The notes: a model not told the origin generated them from the letters alone. Positions 17,075 to 25,592 are shown, counted from the first letter of the stretch. The stretch is 33,862 nucleotides of DNA from Micavibrio sp. (GCA_027047045.1 JALTWL010000301.1:1-33862), one strand, 5' to 3'. Numbers and translations: made by a program.

Positions 17075-20000
17075 ATGCCCAAATTTTATTTGACAATTCA
17101 AGCAAACGCTACTTACAGCTCCGACGCACCAGTTTTAGAAATACTAGTCAACGGTGCTGTTGTTGACAGCGCAACCATATTGTCAAACAGTAATAATTAC
17201 GTATTTTTACTAGACTATCCAGCTGGCACTAACTTCCCAAGCTCTCTTAGCGTTAGATTCAATGACGGTTCTTCTGAAGGTGGTAGAAGCATTTCTATTT
17301 TAGATTTTCAAGTAAACGGACAATCTGTTGATAGTACCGACCTTTCCACAAATTTTTTAACACAAAATCAATCAGCAATTTTAAATACCAATAATACTGA
17401 CCATTTATTTGGTAGAACAGAGCCAACACAAGCAGATTTAGGAACAGCAACAATTACTGGAACGGCGGGTGATGATAAACTAAATGGAACTATTCAAGAC
17501 GATATAGTTGATGGCAGTAGCGGTAATGATTATTTAAGAGGTGTGCAAGGTGATGATGCTATCAATGGAGGGACTGGCAATGACACCATATTTGGTGAAG
17601 ACGGTAATGATATAATAATTGGTGGTGCTGGCAATGATGTTATCTTTGGTAATGCAGGGGAAGACTTACTTTACGGTGGGCTAGATAATGATGTTTTAAT
17701 AGGTGGTTCTGGTAATGATGTTTTAAATGGTGGTTCTGGCAACGATAGCGCAATAGGTGGGGCTGGTGATGACATTATATTTGGTGAAGACGGCGATGAT
17801 ACACTAGTTGGGGCTACGGGTAATGATTATTTATATGGTGATGATGGAATTGACAGCCTAATTGGTGGGGCTGGTAACGATAATCTTTATGGTGGTTTGG
17901 GCAATGATACCTTAATAGGCGGCGCAGGAGTAGATACCATATATGGTGAAGATAACGATGACTTTATCATGGGTGACGCTGGTGACGATAACTTAAACGG
18001 CAATGGTGGAATTGACTTTATATATGGTGGCACAGGCAACGATACCATTAGTGGCGGTTCTGGCAATGATACCCTATATGGTGATGATGGAAATGACACT
18101 ATCAGTGGTGATACAGGCAATGATACCGTTGTCGGTGGGCTTGGTAGTGATACCTTAAATGGTGGTGATGGTATAGATTTAATTTATGGACAGGGGCTAG
18201 ATTCTTTTACGATTTCTAGTATATTGCGCTCTAATTCAAATATTGTCTTTTCTGAAGAAACTAATTCTTTTTACCAATTTGTCCAAACCACAGCGACTTT
18301 TAATGAAGCTAGAAATGGTGCAAGCTCTACCACATTAAATGGGATAGATGGGCATTTAGTTACAATTACCTCTCAAACAGAAAATGATTTCATAAATAAT
18401 CTGGTTGGAACAAATCAGATATGGATTAACGCCACAGATGCAAATAATGACGGGCAGTGGCAATGGGCGGCTGGCGATGAAGATGGTTTAGTATTCTGGG
18501 AAAGTGGTAATGCAGCAAATGGATTTTATACCAATTGGAATACGGGGCAACCAAATCTCTCAACAGGTGATAATGCTGTTACTATGTTAAGCGGTGGGCT
18601 TTGGGATGATTTAAGCTTTAGCACAGCAAATTTTTATGTAATAGAATGGGAACTAGGGAAATTTTCGGATGATAGTGCCGCAGATACTTTAAATGGTGAT
18701 AATGGCAATGATATTTTAACTGGTTATGGAGGTAATGATACTTATAATGGTGGCAATGGTTCTGACCAAATATATGGTGGTGCTGGCAATGATACTTTAA
18801 ATGGTGATGCTGGTGATGATTATATATATGATGCTGAGGGAAGTAATAATTTTAATGGTGGGGCTGGTAATGATTTACTTGACGCCAGATTCACAACAGC
18901 AACTGCCTCTATTGATGAGCAAATAGCCGATATTTTAGCTAATAATCCTGGGGTTACATATAGCTCTAATACGGGTAGTTTCTATAAATATGTATCTACT
19001 TCTACAGATTATCATTCAGCTCTTGCAGCTGCGAAATCTTCTACTATTAAAGGTGTGGCTGGATACCTAACTAACATAACCTCACAAACAGAGCAAGATT
19101 ATGTTTGGGGATTAACTGGTAGCAATAGCATTTGGGCAGGCGGTACAGATGCCAGTATTGAGGGAAATTGGGTATGGACAGATGGGGCAGAAGCAGGAAC
19201 ACAGTTTTGGTCTGGTGGACCTAGTGGCTCTGCCGTTGGTGGCATGTACACTAATTGGATATCAGGATATGAGCCGGGTGATTCTAATGATAACTATGAT
19301 TATTTTGTTTTACATGCTGGTAACTTAGGGAAATGGTATGCTGATTTTGGAACTGTAAATTACAATTATGTAATTGAGTGGAATGAAGATAATATTTTGG
19401 TAACTCCGACGGCTAGTTCTCCCTCGCAATCGGCAAATACTATGAATGGTGGCGATGGTAGCGATACAATTTACGGCGGCACTCAAAATGATACTATTAA
19501 CGGTGATAATGACAATGATTATCTATATGGCGAAGATGGCAATGATACAATAGATGGTGGTGCTGGCGCTGATATAATATATGGCGGTATTGGCAGTGAT
19601 AATATCACTGGTGGTACAGATAATGATACATTGTGGGCATCTGGTTTGGTTGAAGGAACGTCTGACTTAATTAGTGATGATAGCGCTACAAATACTGTCA
19701 GTGGTGGTATGGGTAACGATACAATACATGGTAGTGATGGCACTGATACCTTAAATGGTGGTGCTGGAAATGATATAATTTATTCTAATTCAAAGGCTGG
19801 GGTGGCAGCATACACGGTTGCTGATGCCTTGGCTGAAAATCCTAACGCTGTTTATAATTCTACAACAAATAGTTTTTATGAATATGTGGGGTCTTCTACA
19901 ACGCATAGTCTTGCATCATCTGCAGCGGCTTCTTCTACTTTAAATAATGTTGCCGGACATCTAATTAACATAACCTCGCAAACAGAGCAAGATTATGTTT

Positions 20001-20671
20001 GGAGCTTAACCGGTAGTAATAGTGTTTGGGCGGGTGGTACTGACTCTGTTATTGAAGGGGATTGGGTATGGACAGACGGAGTTGAAGCGGGAATACAATT
20101 TTGGTCTGGTGGACCTAGTGGCTCTGCCGTTGGTGGCATGTACACTAATTGGATAGCAGGATATGAGCCGGGTGATTCTGATGATAACTATGATTATTTT
20201 GTTTTGCATGCTGGCAACTTAGGGAAATGGTATGCTGATTTTGGAACTATGTATTACAACTATGTCATAGAATGGGACGGTGCAAATGTAATCACATCTG
20301 GCACTCCTGCATCTCAAACAATTTTAAGTGGTGGTGATGGGCTGGATAAAATGTATGGAGGCGCTGGAGCTGACACATTTTTATTTGAGGCAATATATGC
20401 ATATAACAATATAGATGAAATTTACAATTTTGATACAACCGATAAAGATGCGCTTGATATTTCTGATATTTTAAAAGGATATGATCCTGCAACTGACGTG
20501 ATTACAAACTGGGTGGAAATGAGAGATTCGGGAAGTAATACTATTGTTAATGTTGATAAAACAGGTAGCGGTCGTTTTGGAGCAAATACACAAATTGCCA
20601 CCTTATTCGGTGTAACTGGGCTTACAGATGAGGTATGGCTTGAAGATAATGGTAATTTAATTACCTCATAA
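17075..20671 (+). CDS. RTX Ca-binding T1SS substrate, multi-lectin adhesin 2 (three C-type lectin domains)
   Basis: Paralogous N-domain and RTX block. Three C-type-lectin-like modules (GHL..ITSQTE...W...TD...G.W.W...YTNW..G[QE]P...YVIEW) at ~18240-18650, ~18945-19381 and ~19845-20275. C-terminal T1SS target domain ends NLITS, as in adhesin 1. Confidence 0.9.
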   Translation: MPKFYLTIQANATYSSDAPVLEILVNGAVVDSATILSNSNNYVFLLDYPAGTNFPSSLSVRFNDGSSEGGRSISILDFQVNGQSVDSTDLSTNFLTQNQSAILNTNNTDHLFGRTEPTQADLGTATITGTAGDDKLNGTIQDDIVDGSSGNDYLRGVQGDDAINGGTGNDTIFGEDGNDIIIGGAGNDVIFGNAGEDLLYGGLDNDVLIGGSGNDVLNGGSGNDSAIGGAGDDIIFGEDGDDTLVGATGNDYLYGDDGIDSLIGGAGNDNLYGGLGNDTLIGGAGVDTIYGEDNDDFIMGDAGDDNLNGNGGIDFIYGGTGNDTISGGSGNDTLYGDDGNDTISGDTGNDTVVGGLGSDTLNGGDGIDLIYGQGLDSFTISSILRSNSNIVFSEETNSFYQFVQTTATFNEARNGASSTTLNGIDGHLVTITSQTENDFINNLVGTNQIWINATDANNDGQWQWAAGDEDGLVFWESGNAANGFYTNWNTGQPNLSTGDNAVTMLSGGLWDDLSFSTANFYVIEWELGKFSDDSAADTLNGDNGNDILTGYGGNDTYNGGNGSDQIYGGAGNDTLNGDAGDDYIYDAEGSNNFNGGAGNDLLDARFTTATASIDEQIADILANNPGVTYSSNTGSFYKYVSTSTDYHSALAAAKSSTIKGVAGYLTNITSQTEQDYVWGLTGSNSIWAGGTDASIEGNWVWTDGAEAGTQFWSGGPSGSAVGGMYTNWISGYEPGDSNDNYDYFVLHAGNLGKWYADFGTVNYNYVIEWNEDNILVTPTASSPSQSANTMNGGDGSDTIYGGTQNDTINGDNDNDYLYGEDGNDTIDGGAGADIIYGGIGSDNITGGTDNDTLWASGLVEGTSDLISDDSATNTVSGGMGNDTIHGSDGTDTLNGGAGNDIIYSNSKAGVAAYTVADALAENPNAVYNSTTNSFYEYVGSSTTHSLASSAAASSTLNNVAGHLINITSQTEQDYVWSLTGSNSVWAGGTDSVIEGDWVWTDGVEAGIQFWSGGPSGSAVGGMYTNWIAGYEPGDSDDNYDYFVLHAGNLGKWYADFGTMYYNYVIEWDGANVITSGTPASQTILSGGDGLDKMYGGAGADTFLFEAIYAYNNIDEIYNFDTTDKDALDISDILKGYDPATDVITNWVEMRDSGSNTIVNVDKTGSGRFGANTQIATLFGVTGLTDEVWLEDNGNLITS
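19205..20248 (+). repeat. intragenic direct repeat, 150 bp (19205-19354 and 20099-20248)
   Basis: Manual alignment: 146/150 identical, offset 894 bp. Confidence 0.9.
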
Positions 20672-20678
20672 CAACAAT

Positions 20679-21185
20679 CTATTGAAATACAGCATTTACC
20701 GTAAATTGACCTTGATAATCCCCACCAGTTGGGGACGCGCCAACCTGCAATGTTGCGCCAATTGGTACTGTTATAAATGGAAGTGATGTTGTATAAGTTG
20801 GACCATTTGCATCAGTTACTATATTAAAAGAAACAAGAGGCATAGTCTCAGTCCCCGCAGTTCTGGTTATTTGACTATTCGCAGGAACACTTATTTGTAT
20901 CAGCTGAAATGGAAAACTTTGCGATACGTTACAAGAGGCATTGTTAAATGGCGCCCCGCCAGTAGTTAGACAACCGCTAACACTACGATTTCCGCTTGGG
21001 GTTAAAACAGCTGTACTAGCCGCCCCACATGTAACTGTAAAATTACCAAATAACATAGGTTGCGGACAGCTAAGAACTTGAGCCTTAGCAATATTGGAAA
21101 GAGCAATATTAGAAAGCGCAATTGCAGATATGCTAACCGCTAAACCCAAAGGTAACTTTTTTAAAATTTTTTTATTCTTTTGCAT
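20679..21185 (-). CDS. secreted DUF4402/Csu-like pilin-type subunit
   Basis: Signal peptide ending AKA-Q, MLFG near the mature N-terminus, four Cys, C-terminal IGATLQV...GDYQGQFTVNAVFQ strand typical of chaperone-usher-like subunits. Confidence 0.72.
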   Translation of the reverse strand: MQKNKKILKKLPLGLAVSISAIALSNIALSNIAKAQVLSCPQPMLFGNFTVTCGAASTAVLTPSGNRSVSGCLTTGGAPFNNASCNVSQSFPFQLIQISVPANSQITRTAGTETMPLVSFNIVTDANGPTYTTSLPFITVPIGATLQVGASPTGGDYQGQFTVNAVFQ

Positions 21186-21246
21186 CTATAAAATCCACTT
21201 ATATATTTAACAAAAATTATTTTTAAATTCAACTACTCAATTTTTA

Positions 21247-22059
21247 TTAAAAATTTACTTCTTTTCTTGCCCAAATTTTATTTGGTGAGTTATATTTTAT
21301 CGTTGATATATAAGCCAACTCTATTTTTTCACATTTATTTTTATGTTCATCTGTATCTGCAAAATTAAGAGAAACCTCTTTATTTGTTAGCTCTTTGTAA
21401 ACGGCAAGCCCATAAATCTCTTTAATGATTACTTTTTCCTTGCCTGTTAGGCAAGAAATTTTAATTTTACCATATATGCTTTTATTGCCCTCTCTGGTGA
21501 TATTAAATTTTAACTTATATTTGCCTGCATCAATATTAGTTAATGTTATATTTTTAATATCTACATCGGCGTTAAAGCTACCATATCTAATAAATACAGG
21601 ATTTATCATACCAACGACAGCATCTGCAGAAAAGTTAGTTTGTTTTTTATCATCGGGTACAGTTTGAACTAATATATGGCTTCTATATTCAATATTTTCT
21701 TCTATTTTTGCATTATTTTTTACAGATATTTTAACTTCTGCCTCTTTACCTGCGGGAATTGTTAAAAATTTAGGTGATATTTCAATAAAATCATCAGCCC
21801 AATTTACATTTTTTATATTTTCATCTATTGAAATTTTTTTTAATGTGCCTAATTTACCGTGCATATAGTAATGCACTAGCTCTATTTTATAGCTTTTCTC
21901 ACTATTGCTAGAATTTTTAATTGTCATTAAGGCTGTTTTATTTTTATCACTTAAAATAAGCCGATTACTTTCAACCGAAATTGCAAAAGACGACTTTGCC
22001 AATATGGCAAAAGACAACAAAAACACACTAAGTAAAATAATATAATATTTATTTTTCAT
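21247..22059 (-). CDS. periplasmic fimbrial chaperone (PapD/EcpB-like)
   Basis: Signal peptide (SFA-I), RLIL, I.N, ISPKFLTIPAGKEAEVKI, EYRSHILVQTVP, PVFIRYG, REGNKSIYG. Confidence 0.78.
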   Translation of the reverse strand: MKNKYYIILLSVFLLSFAILAKSSFAISVESNRLILSDKNKTALMTIKNSSNSEKSYKIELVHYYMHGKLGTLKKISIDENIKNVNWADDFIEISPKFLTIPAGKEAEVKISVKNNAKIEENIEYRSHILVQTVPDDKKQTNFSADAVVGMINPVFIRYGSFNADVDIKNITLTNIDAGKYKLKFNITREGNKSIYGKIKISCLTGKEKVIIKEIYGLAVYKELTNKEVSLNFADTDEHKNKCEKIELAYISTIKYNSPNKIWARKEVNF

Positions 22060-22133
22060 TGCTTAAATTATCACTATTTACACTAATATTGTGAATATTA
22101 TATACTCCATTTTATAAATTACAAGGAAGCTGT

Positions 22134-24497
22134 ATGTTAAGCCACCAAAATATAAATACCAATGATGCACTTAAACTAGCTCAAGAACAAATGCTACTTG
22201 GTAACCATTTGGTTGCAAAGGATATTTTGCTTAAAATAAAAGATATAACAAATGATGCGCAAGATATAAAATATATGCTTGCCATTGTTAATTATAATCT
22301 AGGAGATATAAAAGAAGCGGTTAGAATTTTGCAAAATATAGTTAATTCTAACAATCAAATAGGGGCAGATATATGGTGTAATTTAGCTTGTTTTCTAGCA
22401 GAGCTTAAAAATTACGATAAAGCAAATGATGCTTTTGACCAAGCAATTGCAATAGATAAGAACTATCCAGATAGCTATTGGAATAAAACAAATCTTCTTT
22501 GTTTGATGGGGCTATATGAAGATGCCCAAAAATATGGCTTAAAAGCCACAAAACTCACCCCAAATAGGGAAGAAGCATGGCTTAACTTAGGTGTGGCAGA
22601 GGCTAAATTAAATAATTTTCAAAAAGCAATTCTTGCTTGGGAACAGGCTCTTAAAATCAATCCATATAACAGCATTGCGCTTAGTAATTTGGGCAATATT
22701 TGGCGTGAGGCTGGGGATTTGGATAAGGCAAAGAAATATTGCGAAGATGCTTTAAAACTTGATGGCAACAATGCGCAAGCAATGAATAATTTAGGCAATA
22801 TATTATTTGATTTAGGGCAGTTAAACGATGCTGTTGATTGGTATAAAAAAGCAATTACAAAATCTCCCAATTATGCAGAGGCTCACAATAATTTAGCCGT
22901 GTCTTTGATGCAGTTGCAAAATTTTACAGATGCTATAATTGAGGCAAAATATGCTTGTCTTTTTGATGAAAATTACTCAGATGCTTATATGAACCTTGCG
23001 ATTGCTCTAAAATCAATAGGTAATATCCAAGAGGCTGAACAAGCGCTAAGCAAAGCAATATCCATAGAAAATAATAATCCTATTATTGAAATTGAATATA
23101 TTGACATGTTGTTTACGCTTGGACGGATAAGTGATGCAGAATTATTGCTTAGCCGTATAAAAAGCCAAAATTTTACAAAAGCGCAAGAATATATAAAATT
23201 TGCTACTATATTAGAAAAAATGGGTAAATTTAAAGATGCAATTACGATAGCTAACAAAGCAATTGAACTAAACCCAAAACTACCAGAATCTTATATTAAA
23301 AAGGGACAAATATACCATATGTATGGTAACGCTGATGAGGCAGAAAAATGCTATAATAAGGCAGCCCAAATAAACCCCAACAACCTATCTCTACTTACTG
23401 CTATGGCAGATTTACAGCAAAGCAAAGGCAATAAGGAAAAATCTGAAAAACTAGCAAGAAAGGCAAAAGCCATAAAAGATGATTTACCTGGAATTTACGG
23501 ACTTATTAGTAAAGTAAAAAAATTCACCTCAATAGATGATAAAGATTTAAAAGATATGCTAAAAATTGCTAAAAATGTTGAAGATAAAGGCTTTGAGGCT
23601 GCAGCTACCTTACATTTTGCCATATTTTCTGCGTTTGATAATTTACAAGAATATAAGCTAGCATCTAAACATTTAAAACTGGCAAATGAATATAAAAGAA
23701 AACTTGTTCCCGATATAAAAGTTCAACCACATTTTAATATTATTGATAATTTAAAGCTGGAATATCCAGTTGAAAAATTCTCTGAGCTTCAAAATTTGGG
23801 ATATATGTCTAATATTCCGGTATTTATTGTTGGCATGCCACGTTCTGGCACAAGTTTAACTGAACAAATACTAGCTGCTCACCCCGATATATATGGCGCA
23901 GGAGAAATATTGGATTTTGGTCAAGCAGAGCAAGCCTTTGGCGAAGTGATAAATTCAAATAATTGTTACAAAATAGGCAAATATTATACAGACAATATTA
24001 AAAAGTACGACAAAAGCCAAACAGCTCTTAGAATTGTAAATAAAATGCCTGGTAATTTTATGCGTATTGGACAAATTTTATCTAGCTTGCCCAACGCAAA
24101 AATAATTCATTGCCGAAGAAATGCTCATGATACATCTTTTTCATGTTATAAGCAAAATTTTGCCAAGGGACATGAATGGGCATATGATTTAAATGAAATT
24201 GCAAAATATTATAAATCTTATGAGGAAGTTATGGCTTATTGGCAAAAAACACTTCCCCCAAATAGCTTTTTGGAAATTTTATATGAAGACTTGGTCTATG
24301 ATTTAGAAAAAAATGCAAAAAAACTAATTAAATATTTGGGATTAAGATGGAAAAGTAGTTGCCTAAAGCCACATTTATATAAACGAGATGTATTTACAGC
24401 CTCTAAAAATCAGGTAAGAGAGCCAATTTACACCAGCTCTGTTAACGCTTGGCAGAAATACAGCCCATATTTAACTGAGCTTCAAAATATTTTATAG
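22134..24497 (+). CDS. TPR-repeat-containing sulfotransferase
   Basis: Many TPR motifs (A.NNLG, AW.NLG); PAPS-binding VFIVGMPRSGTSLTEQIL; KMP.NF, IIHCRR..DT..SCY, YEDLV, TAS..QVR.PIY. Confidence 0.93.
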   Translation: MLSHQNINTNDALKLAQEQMLLGNHLVAKDILLKIKDITNDAQDIKYMLAIVNYNLGDIKEAVRILQNIVNSNNQIGADIWCNLACFLAELKNYDKANDAFDQAIAIDKNYPDSYWNKTNLLCLMGLYEDAQKYGLKATKLTPNREEAWLNLGVAEAKLNNFQKAILAWEQALKINPYNSIALSNLGNIWREAGDLDKAKKYCEDALKLDGNNAQAMNNLGNILFDLGQLNDAVDWYKKAITKSPNYAEAHNNLAVSLMQLQNFTDAIIEAKYACLFDENYSDAYMNLAIALKSIGNIQEAEQALSKAISIENNNPIIEIEYIDMLFTLGRISDAELLLSRIKSQNFTKAQEYIKFATILEKMGKFKDAITIANKAIELNPKLPESYIKKGQIYHMYGNADEAEKCYNKAAQINPNNLSLLTAMADLQQSKGNKEKSEKLARKAKAIKDDLPGIYGLISKVKKFTSIDDKDLKDMLKIAKNVEDKGFEAAATLHFAIFSAFDNLQEYKLASKHLKLANEYKRKLVPDIKVQPHFNIIDNLKLEYPVEKFSELQNLGYMSNIPVFIVGMPRSGTSLTEQILAAHPDIYGAGEILDFGQAEQAFGEVINSNNCYKIGKYYTDNIKKYDKSQTALRIVNKMPGNFMRIGQILSSLPNAKIIHCRRNAHDTSFSCYKQNFAKGHEWAYDLNEIAKYYKSYEEVMAYWQKTLPPNSFLEILYEDLVYDLEKNAKKLIKYLGLRWKSSCLKPHLYKRDVFTASKNQVREPIYTSSVNAWQKYSPYLTELQNIL

Positions 24498-24520
24498 CTG
24501 TCTTACTTATACTTTGCTTA

Positions 24521-24562
24521 TTTTATAGCTATTTTCAAAATCACTTACTTTTTTACCCCCCC
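24521..24562 (-). repeat. intergenic repeat copy B (inverted relative to 2549-2594)
   Basis: TTTTATAGCTATTTTCAAAATCACTTAC followed by C7 at 24556-24562. Confidence 0.5.
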
Positions 24563-24574
24563 ATTTTAAAATAA

Positions 24575-24604
24575 CAGTTAAGTAATTAAAAACATGCTTA
24601 ACTG
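24575..24604. terminator. possible hairpin between convergent genes
   Basis: CAGTTAAG ... CTTAACTG inverted repeat; AT-rich stem with weak U-tracts. Confidence 0.3.
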
Positions 24605-24680
24605 CTAAAATCAGCATAATAGCTTGTTTTGTAAGAATAATTTTTGGGGAGTTAATAAAATATAACCTATAAATAATATT

Positions 24681-25511
24681 TTATTTTTTTATGAAACGTT
24701 TTTTAGGTGCTATAAATCTTCTGTTTTTTTGAATTAAGCAATATTTTAATTTATCTTCGTCTATTTTGCCTCCTTTAGCAATCAAAGCCTCTTTTGCATC
24801 TAGTATGTCCAAAACAGCAACCTTACTATCTTCAAAAGATAGTTCAGCCTCACCATTATTGTCAGTGTCAAAATATTTAAATATTTTAGTAACGCTCATA
24901 GAAGAAAAATTAAAAATTTGTGTTATTCCCATATCGGGTGCTAGCAACTGTCTTTGCATTATTGTGTGGTTATTTATTTTTTTCCAATTACCCTCTGCAT
25001 GCTCTAACAAGATGGCAATTTTCTTATGTCCCCGACTAAGCGCCACTTCAGTCGGAGTTAGCTTTCTTTGATTTTTTAATTTGGGATTAGCCCCTCTATT
25101 CAATAAAATATGTACTATATCCTCATGCCCCAAATAAGCCGCCCAATGCAAAGCCGTTCCACCCCAATTTTCATTAAGATTGATATCTACCTCCTCAGCC
25201 GCAAGCAAAATACTCACTGCAGGCATGTTATTTTTTGATACAGCATATATAAGGGCATTTCCTCCATATTTATTAACCCAATTAACATCAGCCCCATATT
25301 TGATAAGTAATTCTAATATTAAAACTCCTTGATTTTTAGAGGACTCTGCGGCTAACATCAAAGGAGTCTTTTCATCAAGATCCACTTTATTACTAACAGA
25401 ATAAAAATTAGGCGATACTCCAACCTTTAAAACATTGGCTACTTCTTTGTAATCACCGCTGTAAACAGCCTCTAACAATTTCATTTGTAGTTTTTTTTCT
25501 TTATTGGACAT
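24681..25511 (-). CDS. ankyrin repeat protein with uncharacterised C-terminal domain
   Basis: TPLMLAA, GADVN, NALIYAV, GGTALHWAA..GH..IV..LL.RGANP, TPTEVA. Confidence 0.9.
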   Translation of the reverse strand: MSNKEKKLQMKLLEAVYSGDYKEVANVLKVGVSPNFYSVSNKVDLDEKTPLMLAAESSKNQGVLILELLIKYGADVNWVNKYGGNALIYAVSKNNMPAVSILLAAEEVDINLNENWGGTALHWAAYLGHEDIVHILLNRGANPKLKNQRKLTPTEVALSRGHKKIAILLEHAEGNWKKINNHTIMQRQLLAPDMGITQIFNFSSMSVTKIFKYFDTDNNGEAELSFEDSKVAVLDILDAKEALIAKGGKIDEDKLKYCLIQKNRRFIAPKKRFIKK

Positions 25512-25559
25512 GACAATCAGGCAGCCTTAAACAAATTTTAATACTAATAAATTAGTAGA

Positions 25560-25588
25560 ATAATAACCACCCGCATACAATATGTCAA
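25560..25588 (-). promoter_or_regulatory. near-consensus sigma70 promoter for the ankyrin gene
   Basis: Minus strand TTGACA-N17-TATTAT, about 50 bp upstream of ATG 25511. Confidence 0.6.
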
Positions 25589-25592
25589 TAGC

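Noticed and set aside
12960-18190. Periodic GGT/GAT-rich repeats as a CRISPR array or satellite
   Set aside because: They are degenerate 27-bp coding repeats of the RTX nonapeptide, with no constant repeat-spacer structure and no cas genes.
19205-20248. Near-identical repeats in C-type lectin domains as a DGR template/variable pair
   Set aside because: Mismatches are not adenine-specific (T/G, A/G, A/G, T/C), both copies are coding, and there is no reverse transcriptase in the window.
12572-20671. Calling the RTX proteins haemolysin toxins
   Set aside because: No hydrophobic pore-forming domain, no HlyC-type acyltransferase nearby; the cargo domains are lectin-like.
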